This document shows positions 25,363-37,379 of a stretch of 64,000 bases of DNA, piece by piece. Within the stretch, counting starts at the first letter, position 1, and each line of letters opens with the position of its first letter. The notes below the pieces were generated by a model. That model saw only the letters and a program-made list of their open reading frames with translations, ran no database searches and had not been told where the DNA came from. Location: the NCBI GenBank assembly GCA_965240325.2, contig OZ251243.1, positions 62,001 through 126,000 of the forward strand. The letters run 5' to 3'. The position numbers were made by a program, and so were the translations under genes. This stretch comes from Rebecca billardiae RCC1528 (lineage: Eukaryota; Protista; Haptophyta).

Positions 25363-27220
25363 TCATGATTGGCTCTCCATCGCCAGGGACGGCACGGAGG
25401 CGGGCGACGGGAGCGAGCCCAGCCCGTCGCTGTTGCGCGACGCGCGCTTCAAGTAGCTGCGGCACAGCCGGTTGACCTCCGTCGCGGGCGAGTTGGCGTT
25501 GGACGGCGCGGTGGACTTGCTGCCCTGCAGCTCCAGCGGCGCGAGCGGCGGGTGCCACGTGCCCGGCGGCGTCGGGCGCTGCTCGCGGCGCGACACGCGC
25601 ATCATGTCGCGCACGAGCAGCACGCCGCTCTCCTTCACGCGCACGTGGTTGCCGATGCCGTACCGCGCGTCGAGCAGCCGATCCAGCTGCCACCCCGAGG
25701 GCAGCTCCTGCTGCGCCCCCTGCTCCCCCTCTGCGCTCGGCTCCGCACCAAGCTCGGCGCGCAGCTCGGTGCGCAGCTCGGCGGGCGACACGACCGTCCA
25801 GAGCAGCTCGAGCGGCAGCTGCACCTGCGCGGCGAGCTCGCGCGGCGTCTGGTAGGTGCCGCTCATGTTGGACCACGCGAGCAGCACGCCGTCCTCGCCG
25901 GGCAGCACCTCGCCCGCGAAGAGGACCGAGCCCTCGCCCGCGAGCTGCGGGTGGCCGCCCGCCAGCCCAAACGCGGACGTGGCCGCAGCCAGCCGCAGCC
26001 GCTGCTCGCCCGGCACGAGGACGAAGGCGTGCGAGCCGGCGGCGAGCGGCACGTCCTTGCGCAGCAGGCAATTCGGCGCGTCGCGCGGCAGGCTCACCAG
26101 CGGCACCGAGCCGTCCGCGCGCAGCGGCGCCATGCTGAGCGGCATGTATTGGTCGCCGCGCAGCACGCTCACGCAGCCGCCAAACGCACCGCACGGCGGC
26201 GCGCCCGCCGGGGGCGCCGCGTCGTCGCTCGCGGCGGGCGGCGCGGGCGAGTTGGCGCCGCGCCGGCCGGTGACAACAAGCTGCGGGCTCGCGAAGATGG
26301 GCATGGCGAGCCTGGGCACGCGCGGACGCGGCGCGCAGGGGGCGAGGCGGCGAGGGCGCGTGAGCCGCGGCCGCGCGCACCGTGCACGGCGGGGCGGCGC
26401 GCGCGCCCGGATCGCGCGCGCGCGTGGGTGCGCGGCACGGGGCGACGCGCGGCGCGTACGGGTGGAAGCCGGTGCGCTCGCCCGCGTGTGCGCCCGACAG
26501 CGGCGCGCGCGCGCCCGTCCACGCGCTGATCGTCTCGAGCCCCTGGCGCGTCGGGCTGAGCGCGCTCGGCAGCGCGTCCGGCTCGGTCGGGTGGCGCCGG
26601 CGCGCGGGGCCGGTGGCGGCGCGGGCCGTGCACCCGTCGAGCATCGGGGCGTGTCGAGCGCGTGGGCGCGGCGCCTCCCATGCGCAGAGCGCGATCTTGC
26701 GCCGGTGCACCGGGTTGCCGATGCGCGCCGCCTCGAGCTGCGCTTCGCTCACGAGCTCGGCGGTCGGGTCGAGCCCTGCGAGGGCGCGCGCGGGCGGAGG
26801 GGCGCGGCGCACGGGCGGGTCAGTCGCGCGCTCGCGCGCAGATCGCCACGCGGGCGGTGGGTCTGCTGCCCCAGGCCGCTCGATCGCCCCCCAACCCCGC
26901 TCCGGGCGGCGCGAACGCGCAGCCCGCCGCGCACCTGCAGCCAGCAGCTGCGCCGAGTACGCCGCCGCATGCGCGCGCAGCCCGATCTCGGCGAGCCAGC
27001 GGGCGAGCGCAGACGCGGCCATTGCGCATCGTGTGTCGCTCGAGGACGACGAGCTGGACGACGAGCGCGAGCTGGTCTCAGCGTCGCTGGCGTCCAGCGC
27101 CGAGGCGTCGAGGCGCCAGGCGGGTGTGTTTATCCGTGTCATGGTGGTGTGTCTGTGTGAGAGCGGTCGTGCGCTTTCGAGGCGGATGCGGCCGGTGGCA
27201 TCGGGTTGCGTCGACGTCAT
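25363..27220 (-). CDS. SAM-like domain + uncharacterised 'SGTY' domain protein, paralogue A (start could be 27220, 27142 or 27022)
   Basis: WLAEIGLRAHAAAY...LEAARIGNPVHRRKIAL (SAM-like); GHPQLAGEGSVLFAGEVL...WSNMSGTYQTP. GT-AG introns 26776-26934 and 26312-26459 sit at the same positions as in paralogue B. Confidence 0.75.
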
Positions 27221-28585
27221 AATCACGTGAACCGGTGCGCGTCTTAACCCGAGGGCGGGTCCGCCCCAAGCATATCCCCGAGGTTTGATATGAATCTCGG
27301 CGCTTCTGATGAAACATGGTCCCCAACCGCGAGACCGTCAATAACCACAAAGAACTAGTGTGGCTGCTCGCTGATTGGCCATCTCCAGGAGTAAGTCCTA
27401 TTTACATCGTTCAGGGCGTTGGCCTGCCATCTACACCTTGATGATCAGAACCCGCTCGCGGTCTGCTCCTGCAGCATTCCGTTTTCAATCAGGGTAACGG
27501 GAGATACGTTTACGGCGATCTCGTCATGCTCGCCGTGCTCGGTCTTCTCATGCACACGCGCACCTCGAAAGATTCCCCGCAAAGATTCCCAACGAGCTCG
27601 CGGCTGGGCCGTGCTTCCTTATGATACAAAATGTATGATAGCAACTGAGCGTTGGGCGGTAATCTCAGTACGGCAAGTATAGCATCGTCGATTCGGGTCG
27701 GGGTAAGGCACTTACGAATGTGCCGGTCTGATCCCACGGGACAAGCAAGTTAACCACTTTCGTTCCACAGGAATCCGTTCATCATCAGCCACAATCATCA
27801 AGTTGAAAGTTGATGGTGGACGGCCATTGCTCTGGACCAGCCGTGCGGGGATGCAGCGTTCCGTGTCAGCCCGTGAGTCTGGCGCCCACGGTTGGCTGCA
27901 CGGGAGTCGTGCGAATGCGCCACACACGGCCGCCGAGCGGATGCTACGATACTAAGTGTGTGTGCCTGTCAACCGAGTCGGGGCGCGCCAGCATCGTCGT
28001 ATGAATCGGTGGACGTATGGCTGGCTGCGAGATGAGATCACAGGCCCTGCCAGCTGTGAGCTGGCGAGTGCACACACTACTGGGCACTGATCACGCCACG
28101 ATGCGCATCCGCACCTCCTCACTCGCGGAGAGGAGTTGGCCACTGATTGACCGCTGCTGCGATTCACGCGATGTGAGATCGTCACTCGCGGGCGGCGGAG
28201 CGAGAGGTACACGATCGACAGGTCGGGCATGTGCACTTGTCAAGCATGTTTACATGCGCCGCATGGGGTCGTCATCTGAGGCGGCAGGGAGAGGGCATTC
28301 GGGGCAAGAGGTTCAGGGCAGATCACGCACTGGCTTGACACCGGCCGCGCAAACAGGTTAGCTCCGACTGACTACAGTCGCTGCCTACGCATGCGCCCGG
28401 GGAGAGACACGCAAACGCCAGCGCGTGAGAAGGCGTGGACGCATGCTGACTCGCGCCATGCTTTCTCCCCCATCAGCTCTGCATGACTGGCTGGCAAAGC
28501 AGTCGTGACGGACGATTCCGGGCATGGTATGTGATGACGCGCGCGGTGTGCGCTGTGTGCTGTTGTCCGAGCGCAGCCTGCCGTG

Positions 28586-29196
28586 CAAGGCTGTGCGTGT
28601 GTGACGCGTCATGACGTGACGTCACGTCATGACGTCATGACGTGACGCGAGGAAGGGCGTAACGTGACGCCCGGACAGCGCTCTGCCCACGCCTGGCACA
28701 CCCGGACTCACAGTAGTGCCACAGGCGACTGCGCGCGCGCGCGCGCGCGCCGCGTCGGTGCCGGGCGGCGGTGCAGCCCTGCGGCCCTGCCCCAACGTAC
28801 CACTAATCACTACGCCTTAATAACCAAGTGTGCACGTTAAAACATAGGTAACTGTACTACCAGCTCGTGGATCCTCAAGCTCCACGGCCACATGGTGCGG
28901 GAGTGGGAGCCCTCGCCTTTGGGCGACGAGCCCACCTCCTCTGTGCGGTCCGGCCAGCCGCCAGCCGGAACCCGGCGCACACTCCCTTACGGGAAGGGAA
29001 CCCCGAAACGTCTACCCATTTCTGTAACACCAATTACAAGAATGCATGCGTAACGGACGAAACGGTCTCCGCCAAAAGACGTGTTGCTATGACGCGTAAA
29101 TATGACGCGTAAAACACATGATGACGTCATGAAGTCACTAATGACGTGACGCTAGAAATGATGGGCGTCATGACGCGTCATCATAGCCCAGGCCTG
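28586..29196. mobile_element. hAT-type MITE, copy 1
   Basis: Ends CAAGGCTGTG...CCCAGGCCTG; 8-bp flanks CTGCCGTG / CTGCAGTG (7/8); homologous to 31802-32351. Confidence 0.85.
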
Positions 29197-31801
29197 CTGC
29201 AGTGGCACATTAGCGGCACGATGGCAGGCGTGTGTGGACGCCACGCCAACTGTGAGGCTACCAGTGGCATTCGACGCCGTGCAGGGGCAGCTGCTATCAA
29301 TGGCTGCCCACTGGCGCAGCATTCTGTTCAGGGTGAGCACTCCTGAAGGAGATTGAGTCCCTGAGGAGAGCTAAGCGCACATCAGTTGCCATCATGATTC
29401 ATATCAATATGATTGGCGTAGTTGCGGTGCCAGCACACCTGTCATCACCGCCGCAGCCATTGCTAACCCGGTGGGGAGCGCAGCTTGCCAGTGTGTACTA
29501 TGTACCTGATGAGTAATCATAGTTACTCAAGTAGCCACTGCAAATCGCGCGACTCTAGAAGTCAGCCAGTCGTGCCAGCCGTTGTTCGCGCAACATGCTC
29601 ACCTGAAACTCATGCAAAATAAGTAGTCAGCCAACGGCAGCGCAACTTGAGCCGCCGAGCAGCTGATCAAGCGCGCAGTGGCGCGCAGCTGCGAAGCATA
29701 ATATTATCTCTCTCAGCGACGATGGCAAAATACGGTGGCCAATGAACTGGACTACAGTTTACTAAGAATAAGAGACGCACACAGCTCAGGCAGTAGCAGT
29801 ACAGACAGCGTTGTGACGGCCGACGTCAGCCGCAGACAGGAAACGCGGCCGGACGCGCGCTGCGAATAGCGTCGCGGATATTATTACTATGTCTAGATCA
29901 CTGCGCTACGGCCTGCGCGGGCCGCACTGCGCCGGGTGGGCCTGGCTGTCAGTGCGCTGTAGCCTGTAACTCGCTGTGCCGCCGTATTTGGAGCCTCAGC
30001 TCATCGCGCGTCCGCTACTGGTGTCGTCGTGATCCGCAGCAGAATCCATTGTCGTGCGCGGCTGCCGCCATTGCTGAGTTGCGCGCGGGTCCGACTCGTT
30101 GCCGTTGGACAGTTGCGTCGGCCGAATATGGCAGCCTATTGTCCGAGTCCGGCAGCGGTAGTATCAAGTCCGGTATCGGCGGAATGAATGAAACAGTAAA
30201 ACTCTGCCCTGGCGGGCGGGGGGGGTCGGCGGGCCGTGCCAGTGCTGTCGCAACATTCCCCAGCGGGTTCGCGTCTTTTATTTAGCGGTTTGACGGGCAG
30301 GATGACGAATAACAATGCGACACACAGATGATGGTGAGCTACCTGACTCACTGACGAATAATAACACGACAGATGACTCTGGTGCGAGCTCACCGACAGT
30401 GTGATTGCGCGTGTATTCGTGCACCCACTGCGCTACTCGTCATCGTTATGCCGAGCCTTCCGCGACTGCGCGCACGCACTGCCAACTGATTGGCGTGCGA
30501 CGGCGGCTTGCTTGTGCCTTGTGACGCCTGACGGTGACGGTTCAATGTCCTCGGAGCTAAACAGTGGTGGCGGAGTGTGATGTCATGTTTCATTTGTTTA
30601 GGTCGTCTGGAAGTGCGGTGCGCGCGCGCGCAATGCGAGAGCGTGTGCCACTCGCGATCGAGGGTGGGCACGCGCTGCTCGAGCAGGCCACAGCGGAAGC
30701 GCAGCGCATGTGCCACTGGCTTCACGACGTCGGCCTCGTCCCGCAGCGCTCGTGACATGGTGGAGGATGGGGCGACAAATCCTTACCACCAAACCCCCGG
30801 CCCGAGTAGTCGCGTGCGATGGCGCTACGCGACCTTCGCCGAGCCCATCGTGCCCGGAGCGGACATTGGCATCCTCGCGACACACGATCTCAGCTGGCAG
30901 CACTCGCCCTTCTCGTCGCGCGTCGCGCGCTCGGCCTTGCGTGCGCCTCGTACGCCGCTTCGCGCTGCGCCTCCGTCGCACTGGCCACCGTCGACGCCAT
31001 GCAGGCTGGACGTGGGCCCTCAGGCGCCGAGCGATCTTTGGTCGCGAGCTCGCGAGCGTGAAAGATGATCGCTCGCTCTGGAAAACCACAGATCGTAGCA
31101 GCAAACGGATTTGCATGCGCCCGACCTTGCCACCAACCGGGGCACGCGACAGTCCGGTGTGTGGATTCCGGTTACTGTATGGTGTTCTGAAGGCCGCGCC
31201 AAAGCTTGCGTCGCGTGCGATGGCGCTTCCCGCCCGCGAGACGCCTCGTGATGAATGCGTTTCCGCACCGAGCCCGACGCGCGACGGTGGATCGCGCGAG
31301 GCGGCCATCGTGCGCAGCGCATGATGTTATGGCCGGCGCGAGCTTTCGACGTGCACGTCGGGCGAGGATCGCCCCAGGTCGCACGATCGTGTCGACGCGC
31401 CGAGCGTACTGCTCCAAACGGGTCGATTTGGGCCCCGTTCGACCTGCACGCGAGACGACGAGGGCAGCAATCGCGAATCGGGCGAAAACCCCTCTAGGGA
31501 ATCCCCGCGCGATGTCCGCGCCGGCGTTAGATTTGGCGCGCGCGGCCCATGCACTCCGCGCCATGGCCAAGATGGTTTTCGGCCGAGCGTCCCCAGTGGG
31601 AGCTGCGAGGGCGCCCGGTAGTGAGCGAAGCGGCGACGATTTTCTTTTCTTTGCGAGGCGATTTTCTTTTTTCATTTTCTTTTTCTTATCTTTTTCCCGG
31701 GCACTACAAGGGGCGGACCTACGGCCCGCCATAACTAGTAAGCATAGAGTATCGTCCGCAGTCGCCTTTAATAAGACTGACTGATGAGTGAGACTTCCGT
31801 C

Positions 31802-32351
31802 CAAGGCTGGGCGTGTGTGACGCGTCATGACGTGACGTCACGTCATGACGTCATGACGTGACGCGAAGAATGGCGTAACGTGACGCCCGGACAGCGCTCT
31901 GCCCACGCCTGGCACACCCGGACTCACAGTAGCCGCCGTACTCAGGCGGCTGCGCGCGCGCGCGCGCCGCGTCGGCGCCGCGGTGCCGGCAGCCGGGCGG
32001 CGGTGCAGCCCTGCCCCATGGCACCAGCTCGTGGATCCTCCAGCTCCACGGCCACATGGGTGCGGGAGCGGGAGCCCTCGCCTTTGGGCGACGAGCCCAC
32101 CTCCTCTGTGCGGTCCGGCCAGCCCGGAGTGACCCGGCGCACTCCCCTACGGGAAGGGATTAGGGAACTGCCCGAAACGTCAACCCATTATAGCTATAAT
32201 GACACCAATTACAAGAATACATGCGTAACGGACGAAACGGTCCCCGCCAAAAGACGTGTTGCTATGACGCGTAGATTACGCGTAAAACGCATGCCGTCAT
32301 GACGTGACGCTAGAAATGGGCGTCATGACGCGTCATCATAGCCCAGGCCTG
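31802..32351. mobile_element. hAT-type MITE, copy 2
   Basis: Imperfect TIRs CAAGGCTGGG...CCCAGGCCTG with subterminal TGACG repeats; perfect 8-bp TSD CTTCCGTC at 31794-31801 and 32352-32359. Confidence 0.92.
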
Positions 32352-33271
32352 CTTCCGTCTGCCACTCACGGCCTGCCCACGACGCCCAGTGGCCGGCGGC
32401 GACCGTGCCACGCGCCCACGCCGCCGATGGAGCGGCGCGATTCAACGTGCCACGCCCACTGCTGCGCGGCCGCCCGGGTCACGCTCCGCTGTATGGGCTG
32501 GCGGCCTACTGGCTCAACAGCTGGCTGATTACTGGTCAGTGTGCGGCGCACTGGCTGGGTCGGCCCTATCCGGCTTACGGACTGCTAATGACGGCTGACT
32601 GTCGGCGTGAGCGAGCTGAAGAAGCTCAAGGCGCACGCTTTTAGAGGCCAGGGCGGTTCGCGGTCACCTGACTGTGTCTGTTGTCGTGGACGCCGGTGTC
32701 GCTGACCCGCGAAGTCGTCGAGCCCGCTGCAGCATGGCATTACCTGATTGTTGCGAGGGCGCCATCCGGCAGATGAATTGCCTCTCGGCCGAAGTGCATC
32801 CGCTTGGGCGCGCCGAGCTGGTGTCAAGGGCGGGTGCGGCAATGCACGAGTCGGGAGCAGGTGTCATGCGCATGGTCAAACGGTCACCCCCGTGGAGTAT
32901 CGTCGCGGGTAGTCACGGCGGCGCGCTGTGGTCCTGGGGTCGGGGAGTGCGGGGATCAGCCGGATCTGCGCACGAGAGAGGTACTGCCAGGCCTACTGCA
33001 AGCGTGCGTACGCGCACGCGCGCGGACCGCCTGGTCCGATCTAGCCGGACGCAACACGAGTGGTCCACGACCGCGTCCTCGCCCTCGGCGCGATCCCCAT
33101 CGTAGAGCTCGCGATCCATTTACTTGCATGGCGGTTCATTTCTTATCATAAATGTACCACCACATCATGCGTAGTATGGGTACCGCCCTTGGTATGGGGA
33201 CATGGCCGCTTGTCATTTTAGATACCTGATTCAACTCCGAAGTCCGAAACAGCTGAGGACGGCTAACCGTA

Positions 33272-34404
33272 GGCAAGGGCGGTAAGGGCTGTCAACTCCC
33301 AGTGGCGCCGAGTGGCGGAGGTTCCGTGCCCCTCAACTCGTGCGGCCTCGCGGCGCAGCGGCTAAGTCTCCTGGGGCGCCGCCCTGGAGGGCGCGTGGGG
33401 TGCGCACGCCGCGGGCTCCTGCGCCCGCGGCAGCGGCCGCGGACACGGCGCGCGTGGTTGGTCGCCTGCTAGACAGTACGTAGTACCCTCCCACGCCGCG
33501 CGCCGCGCTCGCCGGTGCCCTCGCCGCGCCTCAGGCCAGCCGCGCACGCGCGCCGCGCCAATGGCCAGCCGTGGCCACGAGCCAGCCGCCGGCGCGCGCG
33601 CGGTGCGCGGTGCGGTCGGCGCGGGTCGGGCGCGCGCCCGGGGCGAGGCTCGCGTATGATGGGCGCGCGGCATGCCGCCTCGCGCCGCCACCCACGAGCA
33701 TGATCACGTTGCACGCGGCTGCTGAAGAGTGCTCGTCGAGCATTCCTCGGCCATCAGAAATGAGCTTGGATAAGTGGTTGTGAGCGCATCAGTGCGACGA
33801 ACGCGGGCACTCGGGGACTTGCTTGCCATGACATGAGGCTGGCCGTGCACATATTCGTGGTCTGCGCTTGTCTATCACGCGTCGCTGCCGTCCCATGATC
33901 GTCTCAACGTGAGCATTTTCAAACATGGCAATGCACACTCGACAGCATGTAAACGCGTGCGCGCTGACCCATGCGGGCGTCAGCGCGGCGGCGCGAGGCG
34001 GCATGCCGCGCGCCCATCATACGCGAGCCTCGCCCCGGGCGCGCGCCCGACCCGCGCCGACCGCACCGCGCACCGCGCGCGCGCCGGCGGCTGGCTCGTG
34101 GCCACGGCTGGCCATTGGCGCGGCGCGCGTGCGCGGCTGGCCTGAGGCACGGCGAGGGCACCGGCAAGCGCGGCGCGCGGCGTGGGAGGGTACTACGTGC
34201 TGTCTAGCAGGCGACCAACCACGCGCGCCGTGTCCGCGGCCGCTGCCGCGGGCGCAGGAGCCCGCGGCGTGCGCACCCCACGCGCCCTCCAGGGCGGCGC
34301 CCCAGGAGACTTAGCCGCTGCGCCGCGAGGCCGCACGAGTTGAGGGGCACGGAACCTCCGCCACTCGGCGCCACTGGGAGTTGACAGCCCTTACCGCCCT
34401 TGCC
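33272..34404. mobile_element. Foldback element with ~415-bp TIRs and 3-bp TSD (PIF/Harbinger-like)
   Basis: 33272-~33688 is the near-perfect reverse complement of ~33987-34404. Ends GGCAAGGG...CCCTTGCC; GTA is duplicated at 33269-33271 and 34405-34407. Confidence 0.88.
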
Positions 34405-34922
34405 GTAGGTAAGCAGGTAACACATCTGACACGGGGTGGAAGTTGTTGCTACTTTCAACTTGTCCGTAAATAACGCGATCGTGGCTTTGTGATGAATACT
34501 GCCGAATCATACATCACGAATCATGAGCGCGCTGCATGTGTACAATGGAAATACTGTACGCGTGCTTATTCATCAATAGGTGTGACGAGTTTGTGCGACA
34601 CTTGGATATAAAACCGCTCATTCATGCAAAGCTGGGTAGCGGTGTGATAGGTTCTGGTGTTTTCGGTCGTAATTTCAGAAACTCTATCTGGTCAGTATCT
34701 CGACGAGAGAAGCACTCTAACCTTGCTCTATCATAACTCATTCTATGATTTAACGACACAGGTGGTAAAGTAGGACGACGCGGGTCTCCTGATTCGTCGG
34801 CGGCAGTGCCCGATACTGCCCAGCCCGGAGCGGAGGCGGCGAAAAGACAATAATCTTCTCCCCCACCCCTTCAGCCTCACACGCCCCGAGCCCCGCCCCC
34901 ACGGCAGCACGTCCGGGGGGCG

Positions 34923-36786
34923 ATGATGCATCGAGCACCGCTCACGTGTGGAGGCGATGGGGAGGCGGCGCGAGTCGCGTCGAGCTCGCGTGATCCGCCC
35001 TCCCCACCGCCCTCGCCGGACCTGGACGCCCAGTCCTCCTCCTCCTCCTCCTCCTCCACGCCGGCGCGGCTCTCCGCGGCGCCGTCGCCCGCCGCATGCC
35101 GCGCGTGCTGGCCGTCGCGCGCGCACTGGCTGTCGGAGCTCGGCCTGCGGGCGCACGCCGAGGAGTATGCAAGCATGCTCGAGTGCGCAGGTGCGCCACC
35201 ACGCGCCCGCCGCGCCCTTCGCGCTGCCGCGCCAGACGGCAGGGCGCCGTGTGCGCGCATGCCCCGCGCGCGCGCGGCTGTGCGCCTCATCAGCCGCGGC
35301 GCCGCGCGCGCGCGTCCGCGCCTGCGCAGGGCTCGACCCACGCGAGGCCGCCGTCGAGAGCGACGCGCTCGCGCGCGCCGGCATCACGGACGCCGTCCAC
35401 GCGCGCAAGCTCGCCCTCGCCTCCCTCGTGCCCGCGCGCACGCCGCCGCGCGCCGCGCCTCGCGCTGGTGCGGAGGAGGGCGGTGAGGGCGCGGAGGCGA
35501 TCGACGTCACGCTGATCCACGCGCTGCCCACGGCGGCGCGTGCGGCGCTGCTCGTCGTGCACGCGTGGACGGGCGCGGTCACGCAGCTCGGAGCGGGCGG
35601 CGAGGACGACGAGCGCGGCTTCAACGCGTGCGCGCCGCGCGCCCCGCGCCGCGCCGCGCAAGGCTGCGTGCGCGCGCCGCATGCGCCGCATGCGCAGGTG
35701 CGCCTCGCTGAGCGGCGCGCGCGCGCGCACGCCGTGCCTCTCGACGCGCGCAGGCTCGCGCTGCCCATCTTCGCGACGGTGAGACGAGCAGCCGCCGAGG
35801 CGCCCGACGGCAACCGGAGCGCGCCCGCCGAGCGCGCCTTCCCGCCGCCGCAGCTGAGCGGCTCGTGGCCGCCGGGCGGCGGCCCGAGCGGCGGCGCGCC
35901 GGCGGGCCGCAGGGCGGCGGCGGGCGGCGCGGCGTGCGGGCCTGCGCTCGGCCGGGGCGGCTTCACGCTGCGCGGCGACCAGTACCTGCCCAGAGTCTCC
36001 AGGCTCCGCGCGCTCGGCCGCTCCCCCGAGCAGGTGCGGCTGCCCGCCGACCTGCCGTGCTGCGCCGTGCGCCGTGGCGTGCAACTCGCGCCGGGCTCGC
36101 ACGCGTTTGTGGCCGTGCCGGGCGAGCGCCACCTGCGCATGTCCATGCGCGCGGAGCACTTTGGCGGCGCGTGCGGCCACTCGCAGCTCGCGGGCGAGGG
36201 CTCGGTCCTCTTCGCGGGCGAGGTGCTGCTCGGCGAGGGCGGCGCGCTGCTCGGCTGGTCCAACATGAGCGGCACCTACCAGACGCCGCGCGAGCTGGCC
36301 GCGCAGGTGCAGCTGCCGCTCGAGCTGCTCTGGACGGTCGTGTCGCCCGCCGAGCTGCGCGCGGAGCTGCGCGGCGCGGGGGGCCGCGCGTGCGAGCGGG
36401 ACACGCCGGACTCGCGCGCGCTCGACGGCCGGTACGGCATCGGCAACCACCTGTGGGTGCCGGGCAGCGAGAGCCGCGCGCTGCTCGTGCTCGACGTCGC
36501 GCGAGCCGCGCCGCGCTCTCGCGAGCCGCGGCAGCGCGCGCCGCCGCGCGAGGAGGAGGGCGGCGCCGCCGCGCTCTCGGCGCCGCTGCTCACGCCCGGC
36601 GTGCCGCTCGTGCGCGTGTCCTCCGCCGCCGCGGGCCTCGTGAGCGCGGCCACCGGCGGCAGCGCCGCGGACGGACGGACGCTGCAGCTGCCGGCGCGGC
36701 CCGCGCTCGTCGCCACCAGCAGCCCGCCGACACTCCCGCCGCCCGGCCGGACACGCCGGGGCTCAATGCCGCCGTCGATGCGGTAG
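34923..36786 (+). CDS. SAM-like domain + uncharacterised 'SGTY' domain protein, paralogue B
   Basis: WLSELGLRAHAEEY...LARAGITDAVHARKLAL; GHSQLAGEGSVLFAGEVL...WSNMSGTYQTP. Inferred GT-AG introns 35191-35329 and 35628-35753. Confidence 0.75.
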
Positions 36787-37379
36787 CGCGCGCGCACGCC
36801 GCGGCGCGCGCGGCACGCCGCCGGCGTCATCACTGCTAGCTGAGGCCTCTCAGAGCTGTGATCGGCGCTGACATCATCGTTAGGCCGCGATCTATAGCCG
36901 CGATCTATAGGCTCGCTATAGATGATATGATGATCCATATCGTCCGCAAATCGAGCGCGAACGAATCGGCGGCGGACGACGCCGCCAGTCGGCCAGTCGC
37001 GTATCTCCGTCCGTCTGATCGACGTCCCGCGCGCCGGCCGCGGGCGGCGGACTGTGATGCCGCGTAGCGAGCAGCCGTCGTCATCGTCGTACGGCGCCGA
37101 GGATGCATGCTGGCGAGCGATAGATCGTGACGACATGCTCACAGCTCAGCAGTGTGACGCGGCGAGCGGGGCGGCGGTGCGCAGGCGCGGCGGCGGTGCC
37201 GGCGCGGGCGGGGCGAGCGCGCGCGCATCCGAGGGCCGGCGGCGTCGAACGCCGCTCGCGGAGGCGAGATCGCCTGCGCTGCCAGCTGCTGACTGGCAAC
37301 GAGCCGAGCGGCCGTCGAGGGAGCCGCGCGCGGCCGTGCCCGCCCCCCACTCGAAGGGCTTCGGGCGGATGCGCCCCTG

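Noticed and set aside
27250-28580. Possible decayed coding sequence or transposase
   Set aside because: The frames I read are broken by stops and show no recognisable motif; tblastx would be needed.
28600-28650. Palindromic repeat cluster as a possible CRISPR array or recombination site
   Set aside because: There is no repeat-spacer periodicity; it is the subterminal region of a MITE with TIRs and a TSD.
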